NCBI GenBank assembly: GCA_039798785.1 | Contig: JBDKFG010000014.1 | Coordinates: 1 to 64,000 of the forward strand | Direction: 5' to 3' | From: Verrucomicrobiota bacterium | Lineage (GTDB): Bacteria; Verrucomicrobiota; Lentisphaeria; Lentisphaerales; Lentisphaeraceae | Length of the DNA: 64,000 nt | Shown here: positions 32,465 through 41,608 of the stretch, piece after piece | How the letters are laid out: each line of letters opens with the position of its first letter | Numbering within the stretch: position 1 is the first letter of the stretch | Notes under the pieces: generated by a model | Seen by the model: only the letters and a program-made list of their open reading frames with translations | The model's database searches: none | Told to the model about the DNA's origin: nothing | Position numbers and translations under genes: made by a program

Positions 32465-33352
32465 ATGCACCGCGATTTGGAGAAGAAGCTTTCCGCCCGA
32501 GCCCTTGAGCTCGGCAACTCGGGAGAGGGCGCCGCCCTCTCCGAGCTGACTCAGCTTCTGCGCTCCGAATCCGCCGAAGTCCGCCGCATCGCCATATCCG
32601 CCATCAGCAAACTCTCAGGCGTCGCGGATCCCGCAAAAGCGGTGTCCGCGGCGCTGCCTCTTTTGCGTGATCCGCACCCTCAGGTCCGCCAGTACGCCAT
32701 CAAGGCTCTATCGGCTTATGGAACCGCCGCGGAAGCTGCCCGCCACGATCTCGAGGATATCGCCGCCAATCCCACCGAAAAGGACTACAACCGGCGCGAT
32801 GCCACCAAGGCTCTGACCACCCTCAAAGAAGCGCTGCGCATCGCCGAGGAGCAAGCAGTCCATTGCTGCCAACGCTGCCAAGTGCGGATCAATGCCGACG
32901 AATATGCCCGCTCCCGCCGCGCCTTCGACCGCCCCTACTGCGACCGCTGCTTCGACGAGGTCTACCTGCGCCGCCGCAACGAAGACACCCGCATCGAGCT
33001 GCACAAGACCATCCAAGCCCGCGATGGCACCTTGGTCCAAAGCCACGGCGAACGCCTGATCGCCGAGTGGCTCAGCCAAAACAGCATCGACTATCGCTAC
33101 GACGAACGCATCCGCATCCTCCAAGGCTACGCCATCCGCCCCGACTTCTATCTGCCCGAATTTGATCTCTACATCGAGTACTGGGGCATGAACACCGCCG
33201 ACTACAAGATCGGCATGCTGATGAAGCAAAAACTCTACCAGCAACAAGGCAAGGCCCTGATCTCGCTCTACCCCGAAGATAAAGAACACATCGGCGCCAT
33301 TCTCAGCGCCAAACTGTTCCGGCGTCACGGAGCGCAGCGGAGTCAGCCCTGA
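32465..33352 (+). CDS. HEAT-repeat + Zn-finger + PD-(D/E)XK-like nuclease protein
   Basis: EVRRIAISAISKL and DPHPQVRQYAIKAL (HEAT); CQRC...CDRC; SHGERLIAEWL...YRYD...PDFYLP...YIEYWG. Confidence 0.8.
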   Translation: MHRDLEKKLSARALELGNSGEGAALSELTQLLRSESAEVRRIAISAISKLSGVADPAKAVSAALPLLRDPHPQVRQYAIKALSAYGTAAEAARHDLEDIAANPTEKDYNRRDATKALTTLKEALRIAEEQAVHCCQRCQVRINADEYARSRRAFDRPYCDRCFDEVYLRRRNEDTRIELHKTIQARDGTLVQSHGERLIAEWLSQNSIDYRYDERIRILQGYAIRPDFYLPEFDLYIEYWGMNTADYKIGMLMKQKLYQQQGKALISLYPEDKEHIGAILSAKLFRRHGAQRSQP

Positions 33353-33428
33353 GCTCCCCTCCGGCGCCACGGCGCAGCGGAGTCAGCATCGGCCCCAGCG
33401 CCACGCAGCGCAGCGGAGTCAGCCCTGA
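33319..33428 (+). repeat. Three near-tandem ~34-bp repeats with core GCGCAGCGGAGTCAGC
   Basis: Units at 33319-33352, 33361-33392 and 33395-33428. Confidence 0.9.
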
Positions 33429-33431
33429 TCC

Positions 33432-34499
33432 TCAGAAATCATAGACATGCTCGAGCTTGACCTCGGGCCGCTGCAAGCTCAGCAAGACTTCGCTCAGCCG
33501 GGCCACCGGGACTTCAAGCACCAGCCTGCGGCTGCCGGGGTGGGTGAGCTGCTCCTGGCTGAGCAGAATGGGCTGCTTTGGCACAAAGCTGTCCGGCGCC
33601 AAGATGCTGACCAGGATGACCCCGTGATTACCGGCGATGTCGCGGAAAACCACCCCGTGCCGAGCCAGTCCCAAGGCATGATCGGTAAAGGCCTGGTAGC
33701 GCGGCACCGTGCACAGCAGCGAGCCGTCGGCAAAACGCTTCAATTCCTTGATCTCCGGAAACTCCCGGCGAGCCGCTTCCGGCAAGTGATCCAGCACCAC
33801 CGGCGTGGTCATCTCCTCCACCTCGAAGGCGCTCTCCGAACCCTTCTTGATCAACCAGGCATAGGCCACCTTGATCGCGTATTCGCTGGTCAGGAAATAC
33901 TTGCGTTCCCACTTGCGGATCTGATTGTCGCCCCGGAAGCCGGTGCCAGTCCAGACCTGCTTCAGGGGCGTCGCGAAATCGAACTTGTACCAGGGATAGA
34001 TCTTGACGAATTCGACGTAGTCCCGCGCCACCTTCGCCGCCAGCTCGTCCTCCGCCGTCTTGCCGCTGCGGGTGAGTTCGGACAAGCGCCCGACCGTCCG
34101 TTCATAGCCGCACATCAGGGTGTATTCGCCGGTGGCGCTGACCCCGATGACGGTGTCCATCAGGTGGTACTCGCCGTTGTAGGGATAGTCCGGTTCGACC
34201 CGGGCATAGATCGCGTTGTAGCAGTCCCAGTACTGGCGCAGCTGGCCGAAGAAGGGAAACTGGCTGGGCTGGCGGTCCTTCATGAAGTCGGCGTATTCCT
34301 CCGGACCGAAAACCAGGTTCCATTCGGGAATGGTGAGGAAGGTGTTGTCGCCGCGGCGACGCATCTCCACCGGCACGGCACTGGCCTGATCCAGACGGGC
34401 GCTTTTCTCCTCGTCGGCAAGGCGCTTCTTCTCGCCGTGGAAATGCAGCGCGAAAAGGGCGCAGACGGCGGCGACGAGGGCTAGGGGGCGGTGGCTCAT
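33432..34499 (-). CDS. Hypothetical protein with N-terminal anchor/signal
   Basis: ATGA overlap with the methyltransferase stop; aromatic-rich motifs TFLTIPEW, PSQFPFFG, YPWYKFDF, RKWER, EHVYDF. Confidence 0.8.
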   Translation of the reverse strand: MSHRPLALVAAVCALFALHFHGEKKRLADEEKSARLDQASAVPVEMRRRGDNTFLTIPEWNLVFGPEEYADFMKDRQPSQFPFFGQLRQYWDCYNAIYARVEPDYPYNGEYHLMDTVIGVSATGEYTLMCGYERTVGRLSELTRSGKTAEDELAAKVARDYVEFVKIYPWYKFDFATPLKQVWTGTGFRGDNQIRKWERKYFLTSEYAIKVAYAWLIKKGSESAFEVEEMTTPVVLDHLPEAARREFPEIKELKRFADGSLLCTVPRYQAFTDHALGLARHGVVFRDIAGNHGVILVSILAPDSFVPKQPILLSQEQLTHPGSRRLVLEVPVARLSEVLLSLQRPEVKLEHVYDF

Positions 34500-35365
34500 G
34501 GGCGCTCCGTTTTGCTGAAGGCCATCAGCAGGTTGTCGGTGGGATCCTTGTCCTGGGCAAGGCGGAAACCGAGATCCTTGAAGCCCTGCTTCTCGATCAT
34601 TTCGGCCCATTCGGCGGCGGGACGGAAGCGGCGGAATTCCTGTTCGTTGACGGCCCAAGGAACATCCAGACCGAGGTTGAAGACGGTGTGAACCAGGGAG
34701 ACGAAGTCATGCATTTGCGGCGTCCGCACATCGTGGTCGCGGAGGATGAAGAGCCCGCCCGGCCGGAGGCTGCGGCGGATCGACTGCAGGAAGGCGTCGA
34801 GGCGATCGAGCGGACAGTGATGCAGGCCGATGTAGCAGGTGACGACATCGAGGCTGGCGGGAGCGATCCCATGGCCATCAAGCGGCAGATAGTCAAGCGG
34901 GATGAATTCCCCCAGCTTGCCGAACTGGCCGCGCTCCATGATGTCGCCGGGGCCATTGCCGGGGGCGATGTCGTTGCACAGCAGCAGTCGGCCGGTGACC
35001 GCGACTTTTTTGCGCAGGACGCTGATGTAGCGGCCGGTGCTGCCGATCTCGAGGTAGCCGTTGATCATCTTGCGCTCGCCAAGGATCTTCAAGGTCTGGC
35101 CCGAGATCACGGCCTTCTGCTTTTTCAGGGCCGGCAGGCCGTAGGTCAAGGGCTGCAGGAAGGGCTTGATCTGCGGCAGTTTCGCCTGCACCTGCTGATA
35201 CACCGCCTGGTCGGTGTCGTGCTGCACCGAGACTTCGCTGAGGAGACGGTGGAACTTGTCCTCCGGAAAGAGGTGGAAGATGTTTTGCAGGAAGAGATAG
35301 AAGGCGTCGCTCTGCTTGACGTCGCCAAAGACCTGGCGGAACTCACGGGTGACTTGCGTATTCAT
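34496..35365 (-). CDS. Class I SAM-dependent methyltransferase
   Basis: YLEIGSTG, SLDVVTCYIGLHH, LRPGGLFILRDHD; TGATG overlap with the upstream gene. Confidence 0.85.
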   Translation of the reverse strand: MNTQVTREFRQVFGDVKQSDAFYLFLQNIFHLFPEDKFHRLLSEVSVQHDTDQAVYQQVQAKLPQIKPFLQPLTYGLPALKKQKAVISGQTLKILGERKMINGYLEIGSTGRYISVLRKKVAVTGRLLLCNDIAPGNGPGDIMERGQFGKLGEFIPLDYLPLDGHGIAPASLDVVTCYIGLHHCPLDRLDAFLQSIRRSLRPGGLFILRDHDVRTPQMHDFVSLVHTVFNLGLDVPWAVNEQEFRRFRPAAEWAEMIEKQGFKDLGFRLAQDKDPTDNLLMAFSKTERP

Positions 35366-37080
35366 CAGACTTTCTCCTGGCTGTAGTATTTGTTCCAAAG
35401 GGCGTTGCGGAAGCGGAAATGGGGATCGTAGCGGCGTTTCAGAGCGAAGAGCTCGCGAGCCCGGGGATAGGCGGCGTGAAACTGCTCCGGCGTCGCATGG
35501 GGTTCGTAAGGCAGATAGTAGCGACCTCCCTCAGCCAAAGCCGCGTCAATCAATTCGCGGGTCCAGACTCCGACGCGACCGCGTTCGGCGGCGTGGACCT
35601 CCTGCTTGTAGTACATGACGAAGGCGAAGACCTCTTCCGGCGCCCAGGCGAGAAGCGAGCCGGGATCGGCGACGGCATGGCGGATCGAGATGTTCATGGT
35701 GTTGACGCCGTGGCGCTGGAGGATCTCGCGCAAGCGGACGGTGAAGGCCTCGAAGCGATCGACCGGGATGAAATACTCCTGCAGCACATAGGTCGACTTC
35801 TGCCGCGAGCGGGGTTCGAGCTCAGCCACGTCGTAGCTCGCCTCGTAATTGCGCCAGTGCACCTTCTGCTTGAAATGGAGCAGCGGGTCGATGATGAACT
35901 CGCGACGCCACTTGCCGAAAGGCGTCTCCGAGATCGCCCAGAGGAGATAGCGCTCGAGCGGGAATGACGAGCGCAGCGGCACAGTCTTCTCCGGCACGGT
36001 GACCGGCTTGTCGGTCTCCTCCCAGGTCTGCGAACGCATGCGGGTGTAGAGCGGCGGATAGAGGTCGGCATTGTGGAAGACCGCCTTGGGATTGTCGCGC
36101 ACCGCACTGCGGAAGAAAGCCAGGTAGTCCGGCACTTCAAGCTTGCGGCTGACCAGGCCGACGCGGCTGTTGGCGACCACGTCAAGCTCGGCTTCGACGA
36201 TGATGCCGAGGGCGTTGTAGCCGCCGATATTGCCGTAGAAAAGCTCGGCATTGTCGCTCGGCGACGCGTCCTTGACGCTGCCGTCGGCGAGAACCAGACG
36301 GATCGAACGCACCGACAGGATCACCGGACCGAGCCCCATGTAACGGCCGTGAGCATTGACGCTGAGGGTGCCGCCGACGGTGAAATTGGCATAGCTCTGC
36401 ATGATCTTGACAGCACAGCCGTGGGGATCGAGGAAGCGTTGCAGGTCGCACCAGCGCACCCCGGCCTGAACCCTGACGCGCCGCTCAGACGGCGAAAACT
36501 GGAGGATTTGATTGAAGCCGCGCAGGTCGAAATGGACGCTGCCGGGGCTGGCGGTCTGACCTCCCATGCTGAAGTGTCCGCCGCCCACTGAGACCGGCCC
36601 CTCGCTCTCCCCCAGCATCCGCGAGATCTCGTCGACGCTGACCGGCTTGAGCACCTTCAGAACCTCGACCGGATTGAGGCCGGTGACATCGTTGACGATG
36701 GTGGTGCTTCCCTGTCTGTTGGTGTCGACCACCAGATAGTCGAGCTCCTGGCGATCCGGCAGAGCACCGTAGCGATTGTCGCTTTGTTTGCCCTTGCGCA
36801 GATACAGAGTGCCGATCACCCAGGCCGGGCCAAGCAGGGGAATGGCAAGCAGAAGCAGCCACCACACCGAGCGCCCGAGATCGTGATAACGCTTCTTCGC
36901 CAGGACGAAGAGCGACCAGAGGAAAGGCGGATACAAGATCCAAGTGGCCTTCCAGCCGGCGAGATCGTCGATCAAGACGAATCCGACGACAAACACCGAA
37001 ATCACCAGCAAGCTGGCGTACCAGAAGTCAGCTCGACTGACTCGGCCGCTAATCGAAAAAAGAAGTTTGAGCAGGGGCAT
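35365..37080 (-). CDS. DUF805 membrane domain fused to a VAO/PCMH-family FAD oxidoreductase
   Basis: GRVSR..FW, KRYHDLGRS.W, NRYG (DUF805); GGGHFSMGGQ, VQAG, TVGGTLSVNAHG, GGYNALGII, LKRRYDP..RFRN. Confidence 0.88.
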   Translation of the reverse strand: MPLLKLLFSISGRVSRADFWYASLLVISVFVVGFVLIDDLAGWKATWILYPPFLWSLFVLAKKRYHDLGRSVWWLLLLAIPLLGPAWVIGTLYLRKGKQSDNRYGALPDRQELDYLVVDTNRQGSTTIVNDVTGLNPVEVLKVLKPVSVDEISRMLGESEGPVSVGGGHFSMGGQTASPGSVHFDLRGFNQILQFSPSERRVRVQAGVRWCDLQRFLDPHGCAVKIMQSYANFTVGGTLSVNAHGRYMGLGPVILSVRSIRLVLADGSVKDASPSDNAELFYGNIGGYNALGIIVEAELDVVANSRVGLVSRKLEVPDYLAFFRSAVRDNPKAVFHNADLYPPLYTRMRSQTWEETDKPVTVPEKTVPLRSSFPLERYLLWAISETPFGKWRREFIIDPLLHFKQKVHWRNYEASYDVAELEPRSRQKSTYVLQEYFIPVDRFEAFTVRLREILQRHGVNTMNISIRHAVADPGSLLAWAPEEVFAFVMYYKQEVHAAERGRVGVWTRELIDAALAEGGRYYLPYEPHATPEQFHAAYPRARELFALKRRYDPHFRFRNALWNKYYSQEKV

Positions 37081-37141
37081 CGTGACTCTCCGAGTTGCTT
37101 TGAGGATGCTGCATACTACTCCCGATGCGACTCAAACTAAA

Positions 37142-37187
37142 ATTGATGAAATCAATGACTAAATTTCTTTTAATCGATAAAATCTAT
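37142..37187. promoter_or_regulatory. Two 15-bp AT-rich dyads (T-N11-A), LysR-type operator
   Basis: ATTGATGAAATCAAT (37142-37156) and ATCGATAAAATCTAT (37173-37187), centres 31 bp apart. Confidence 0.6.
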
Positions 37188-37284
37188 AAATTGAAGCTGA
37201 ATGAAGACACGAATTCGCCCTCTCGCGCCCTTTGTTTTTTCCCGCCTTGGATGTCTCGTCGGCAAAACCCCCAAGGACTCAGCC

Positions 37285-37575
37285 ATGCTCGAACTCAAAG
37301 CCGCCACCCGCCTCCGCATCAGCGACAGCCCGATCAAAGGCGTCATCTTCCTCTGCGGCTACCAGGGCCGCGGCGTCGCCCTCTGCCTTTGCGGCTCCCG
37401 CAACAGCCCGGTCTTCGTCTTCGATGACGAGGCCAGCGCTTATCACGCCGCCCGCGATTGGTTCGGCGACCAGAACGACGGCTTCATCGAAACTGAAAAG
37501 ATCGACCTCGCCGCCAAGCCGCCGGAATTGCAGCGCTTCTCCGAGTCGCTCCCCCTCATCCTCGCCGCCCTCTGA
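37285..37575 (+). CDS. Small hypothetical protein
   Basis: AAGGA RBS, host codon bias, 4 nt before acyP. Confidence 0.6.
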   Translation: MLELKAATRLRISDSPIKGVIFLCGYQGRGVALCLCGSRNSPVFVFDDEASAYHAARDWFGDQNDGFIETEKIDLAAKPPELQRFSESLPLILAAL

Positions 37576-37579
37576 AATC

Positions 37580-37855
37580 ATGATCGAACGCCGCCACTAC
37601 CTCATCCGCGGACGAGTCCAAGGCGTCGGCTACCGAGCCTTCGCCGAACGCAGCGGCCAACACCTCGGCCTCCACGGATGGGTCCGCAACCTCGCTGATG
37701 GCGGCGTCGAAGCCGAAGCCCAAGGTCAACCCGACGCCCTCGCCGCCTTCGAAGATTTGCTCCGCCAGGGACCGCCGCTCGGACGAGTCCGCGAACTCGT
37801 CATCGAAACCATCGGCCTGCAAGCCGCTGAAACGGGCTTCGCCATCGCTTATTGA
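37580..37855 (+). CDS. acyP: Acylphosphatase
   Basis: GRVQGVGYR, GWVRNLADGGVE, GPP. Confidence 0.95.
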   Translation: MIERRHYLIRGRVQGVGYRAFAERSGQHLGLHGWVRNLADGGVEAEAQGQPDALAAFEDLLRQGPPLGRVRELVIETIGLQAAETGFAIAY

Positions 37856-37917
37856 TCCGGGCACAAAGCCTGCGTTGGTGACCTCGACAATCATCGAAAT
37901 CGATCAAGGAGAGCGCC

Positions 37918-38919
37918 ATGGATCAGACCCTCGTCATCGCCGAAATCGGCGTCAATCACAACGGCGACATGGTTCTCGCCCGCGACATGCTCGCCGCCGC
38001 CGCCGCCGCCGGAGCCGACGTGGTCAAGTTCCAGACCTACAAGGCGGAAGAGGTGATGACCGACAAGACGCCTCTCGCCGGCTACATGAAAGGCGGTGAA
38101 AAGAACTTCCTCGAACTCGCCCGCCGCCTCGAACTCTCCTTCGAACAGACCCTCGAGCTGAAGGCCTATGCCGATCGCCTCGGGGTCGAATTCCTCTCCT
38201 CGCCCTTCGATGTGCCGTCCTGCCGCTTCCTCGGCACCATCGGGATGAAACGCCTGAAAATCCCCTCCGGCGAAACCGTCAACCCCCTCCTCCTCAAAGC
38301 CGCCGCCGCCACCAAGCTGCCGCTCATCGTCTCCACCGGCATGTGCGACCTCGCCGAAGTCAAACGATCGCTCGACTTCCTCCGCCGCCACGACTCCGCC
38401 CCCGTCACCCTGCTCCATTGCACCACCCAATACCCCGCCGAACCCAGCCTCAGCAACCTCCGCGCCATGGCCACCCTGGCCCGCGAATGCGGCGTCCCGG
38501 TCGGCTACTCCGACCACACCCCGGGCATCGAAATCTCGCTCGCCGCCACCGCCCTCGGCGCCACCGTCATCGAGAAGCATTTTACCATCGACAAAAAGCT
38601 CCCCGGCCCCGACCAGGCCGCCTCGCTCGAACCCGATGAACTCCGCGCCCTCTGCCTCGGCGTCCGCTCGATCAACAGCGCCCTCGGCAACGGCCTCAAA
38701 AAACCCTTCCCGATCGAACTCGAAGTCGCCAAGGTCGCCCGCAAATCCCTCGTCGCCGCCGGCCCTCTCCCCGCCGGCACCGTCCTCCGCGAAGAACACC
38801 TCGGCGCCAAACGCCCCGGCACCGGCATCCCCGCCATGGAACTCGAATCCCTCCTCGGCCGCCGCCTCAAACGCAGCCTCGCCCCCGATGACATGATCTC
38901 CTGGGACGACCTTGCCTGA
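37918..38919 (+). CDS. neuB: Nonulosonic acid synthase (NeuB/LegI family)
   Basis: IAEIGVNHNG, VKFQT, LKIPSGE, STGM, LHCTTQYP, GYSDHT, IEKHFT, C-terminal SAF domain KRPGTGI. Confidence 0.93.
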   Translation: MDQTLVIAEIGVNHNGDMVLARDMLAAAAAAGADVVKFQTYKAEEVMTDKTPLAGYMKGGEKNFLELARRLELSFEQTLELKAYADRLGVEFLSSPFDVPSCRFLGTIGMKRLKIPSGETVNPLLLKAAAATKLPLIVSTGMCDLAEVKRSLDFLRRHDSAPVTLLHCTTQYPAEPSLSNLRAMATLARECGVPVGYSDHTPGIEISLAATALGATVIEKHFTIDKKLPGPDQAASLEPDELRALCLGVRSINSALGNGLKKPFPIELEVAKVARKSLVAAGPLPAGTVLREEHLGAKRPGTGIPAMELESLLGRRLKRSLAPDDMISWDDLA

Positions 38920-38923
38920 GCTC

Positions 38924-38963
38924 AATTCTTAATTCTTAACTCTTAATTCTTAATTCTTAATTC
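38924..38963. repeat. AT-rich heptamer tandem repeat (AATTCTT) x5 plus a partial copy
   Basis: Fills the neuB-neuC gap; one unit is AACTCTT. Confidence 0.9.
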
Positions 38964-38966
38964 ACC

Positions 38967-40088
38967 ATGCTTCTCGCCTCCCTCACCATCGCCCGCTCCG
39001 ACTTCGGCCGGATGGCGCCGTTTTACCAGCGACTGGCCGCCGATCCGCGCTTCGAGCTGCGGCTCGCGCTCGGGGCGGGGCATTGGGATGAAAAACTCGG
39101 ACGCAGCGGCGACGAAGTGGAGAAGAGCGGCATCGCCATCGATTGGCGCCTGCCGCATGGCGGCAAGTCGCCGAGCCAACAGGCCGCCATCGTCCTCAGC
39201 GGCGTCGGTGAATGGCTCGAAGCGCGACGTCCTGACGCCTTGCTCCTCCTTGGCGACCGCTTCGAAATGCTCGCCGCCACCCAGGCCGCGACCCTGGCTA
39301 GGGTTCCGGTCATCCACGTCGGCGGCGGCCACCTCACACTCGGGGCCATCGACGAACGCATCCGCCACGCGATCAGCAAACTCGCCGCCGTCCACCTGGT
39401 CGCCAGCGACACCTGCGCCCAGCGTGTTGCCGACCTGCATGAAGATCGCTCGCGCATCTTCGTCACCGGCGCCCCCGAGCTCGAAGCCCTTCGCCTGCTG
39501 CCCGAAATCAGCCGCGCCGAATTCTTCCGCCGCAGCGGCTTTCCGGAAGGCGATTTCCTCCTCGCCACCATCCACCCGGAAACCCAGGTCGACGCCGCCA
39601 CCAACCTGCGATATGCCGACGAAGTGCGCGCCTTCGTCAAACACTCGCCGCTGCCGATCCTGATCACCGCTCCCTGCCTCGACCCCGGCCACGAAGCCTT
39701 CCTCGAACTCGCCGCCGCCGTGCCCGAGCTTCGCCCCGGCAGCCGCTTCATCCCCAACCTCGGGATGGAGCTCTTCGTCGCCGCTATGCGCCATGCCAAA
39801 GCCCTCATCGGCAACTCCTCCTCCGGCATCATCGAGTCCGCCTCCTGCCGCCTCCCGGCGCTCAACCTCGGCGAGCGCCAAAAAGGGCGCGATCGCGCCA
39901 GCAACGTCATCGACGCACCCTTCCAGCGACAAGCCATCGAAGAAGGGCTGAAAAGGCTGTTAGACCCGGCTTTCCGAAGCCACTGCCAATCCCTGATCAA
40001 TCCCTATGGCGACGGCTTCTTCAGCGACCGCGCTCTGCCGCTTCTCAGCGCCCTGCCTCTGCCGCTCGGCATCGACAAAAACTGGTGA
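38967..40088 (+). CDS. neuC: Hydrolysing UDP-GlcNAc 2-epimerase (NeuC/LegG family)
   Basis: RSDFG, LLGDRFEML, IHVGGG, IDERIRHAISKLA, HPET, GNSSSGIIE, GERQKGR, NPYGDG. Confidence 0.92.
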   Translation: MLLASLTIARSDFGRMAPFYQRLAADPRFELRLALGAGHWDEKLGRSGDEVEKSGIAIDWRLPHGGKSPSQQAAIVLSGVGEWLEARRPDALLLLGDRFEMLAATQAATLARVPVIHVGGGHLTLGAIDERIRHAISKLAAVHLVASDTCAQRVADLHEDRSRIFVTGAPELEALRLLPEISRAEFFRRSGFPEGDFLLATIHPETQVDAATNLRYADEVRAFVKHSPLPILITAPCLDPGHEAFLELAAAVPELRPGSRFIPNLGMELFVAAMRHAKALIGNSSSGIIESASCRLPALNLGERQKGRDRASNVIDAPFQRQAIEEGLKRLLDPAFRSHCQSLINPYGDGFFSDRALPLLSALPLPLGIDKNW

Positions 40089-40123
40089 ATGAAGCGCCAA
40101 AGGCTCCAGTCACTAACTTGATC

Positions 40124-41608
40124 TCAAGCCTCGCCGCATCTGCCAGAGCTGAAATCCGAGCTCAGTCGGAGCTTGCGCCGGATCCGGCTTGAAAGCAGGT
40201 CGATGCCTAGGGTGGTGAAGCCGGCGAGGAGGATGAGCAGGGCGGCGCGATCGGGGCGATCGAGAGCGATGTTGTGCTGGATGTAGAAGCCAACGGTACC
40301 GACCCCGAGAACCCCGAGGATGGCGGATTCGCGCAGCATCGTCTCCCATCGGTAGAAGAGGAAGGCGAGGATCTGTCCGTAGATGCGCGGCAGCAGGTCA
40401 TAGACATAGCGGTCGAGGGCGCGGCGGGCGGCGTTGCGCGGCTCCAATGCGGCGCTGGCGTTGGCCATGATGTGGGCCAGCAGGCCGGCGTTGTGGCCGC
40501 TGACGGTGAGGATCGCCGGCAGCATCGAGGGCCCCAGGCAGATCATCAGCAGGAAGGCGAGAATGTATTCCGGGATGCAGCGCATCAGCAAGAAGAGGCT
40601 CTTGGCGAAGAAACGCAGCGGCCGCGGCGCGGTCTGAGGCAAGGCCAGAGGCAAGAGGATCACCACCAGCAGGCCGCAGAGGACGAGGGAGACCTGGGTG
40701 ACCAGCAAGGCATTGGCAATTCCTGGTGCTGCTTCCGCAAAAAGCACCTGCTTGAGCCAGGGCCCCATCGCCGTCCACTCGCCGCGCTGCAAGGGAAGCG
40801 GCACCAGCTCGCCGAGGAAGCGGGTCAAATTGCTCCACGACAGCGACGAGCTCCAGTCGATCCATAGAAAGGCGGCGACAATCCACAGGGGGATCAGATT
40901 CGGACGGATCCACAGGCGATGTGTGGCGACGAGAGCCAGCAGCAGGTAGAAGAGCGCCGCGGCGGCGGCGTATTCGCTGTCGCCGAAGGCGTCCTTGAGA
41001 TGGTAGCCGAGGGTGGGGATGCCGACGAAGCCGAGCACCACCGAGGCGCGCAGGGCGCATTCGAAACGGTAGGCGGTGTAGGCGCGTCCGGCGTTCCACG
41101 CCATCGGCAACAGGACGTAGAAGATCCGCCCCGGCCCTGATTGCATGGGCAGGCTCTGCAGGGGCCTGGTGTCGGCTTCTTCGAGAATCTCGCTGTAGAC
41201 CTTGGCGAAGATGGCGGTGAAAGGCAGGGCGATGGCGAAGAGTGCGCAGACCTGGCTGGTGCTGCCGAGGAGAGGTCCGAGAAGAAGGACCCAGAAGAGC
41301 TCGTGGACCGAGCGGATCAAGGCCAGGGGGGCACGCACCCAGGGGCGATGGTAATGGAAAGCGAGAAGCAGGCCGGCGAGAGCGCCGAGAGCGGTGGCGG
41401 CAAAGGCGAAAGCGAGGGTGTGCGCGAGGCCGCGGAGAATCGCCGGATCGGGACGGCCGTCATGCCAGAGAAGGCTCCAGTCAGGATGAAGCAGGCCGTC
41501 GCCAACGCGCGCCAGCATCGCGGCCGGATCGGTATGGCCGAGCTCGAGATCGCAGCAGCAAAGCGCGGCGATCGCAACGGCGGCGAAGATCAGGGAGGCG
41601 CGGAGCAT
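40124..41608 (-). CDS. PhnE/PtxC-like ABC permease with two fused TM domains
   Basis: Two repeats: RSVHELFW...YRFECALRASVVLGFVGIPTLG and RCIPEY...YRWETMLRESAILGVLGVGTVG. Confidence 0.88.
   Translation of the reverse strand: MLRASLIFAAVAIAALCCCDLELGHTDPAAMLARVGDGLLHPDWSLLWHDGRPDPAILRGLAHTLAFAFAATALGALAGLLLAFHYHRPWVRAPLALIRSVHELFWVLLLGPLLGSTSQVCALFAIALPFTAIFAKVYSEILEEADTRPLQSLPMQSGPGRIFYVLLPMAWNAGRAYTAYRFECALRASVVLGFVGIPTLGYHLKDAFGDSEYAAAAALFYLLLALVATHRLWIRPNLIPLWIVAAFLWIDWSSSLSWSNLTRFLGELVPLPLQRGEWTAMGPWLKQVLFAEAAPGIANALLVTQVSLVLCGLLVVILLPLALPQTAPRPLRFFAKSLFLLMRCIPEYILAFLLMICLGPSMLPAILTVSGHNAGLLAHIMANASAALEPRNAARRALDRYVYDLLPRIYGQILAFLFYRWETMLRESAILGVLGVGTVGFYIQHNIALDRPDRAALLILLAGFTTLGIDLLSSRIRRKLRLSSDFSSGRCGEA

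Noticed and set aside
33319..33428. Possible mini-CRISPR array
   Set aside because: Gaps between units are only about 2-8 nt, units are degenerate and no cas genes are present.
37143..37155. FNR box
   Set aside because: TTGAT and ATCAA are separated by 3 nt rather than 4; the site fits a LysR T-N11-A dyad better.
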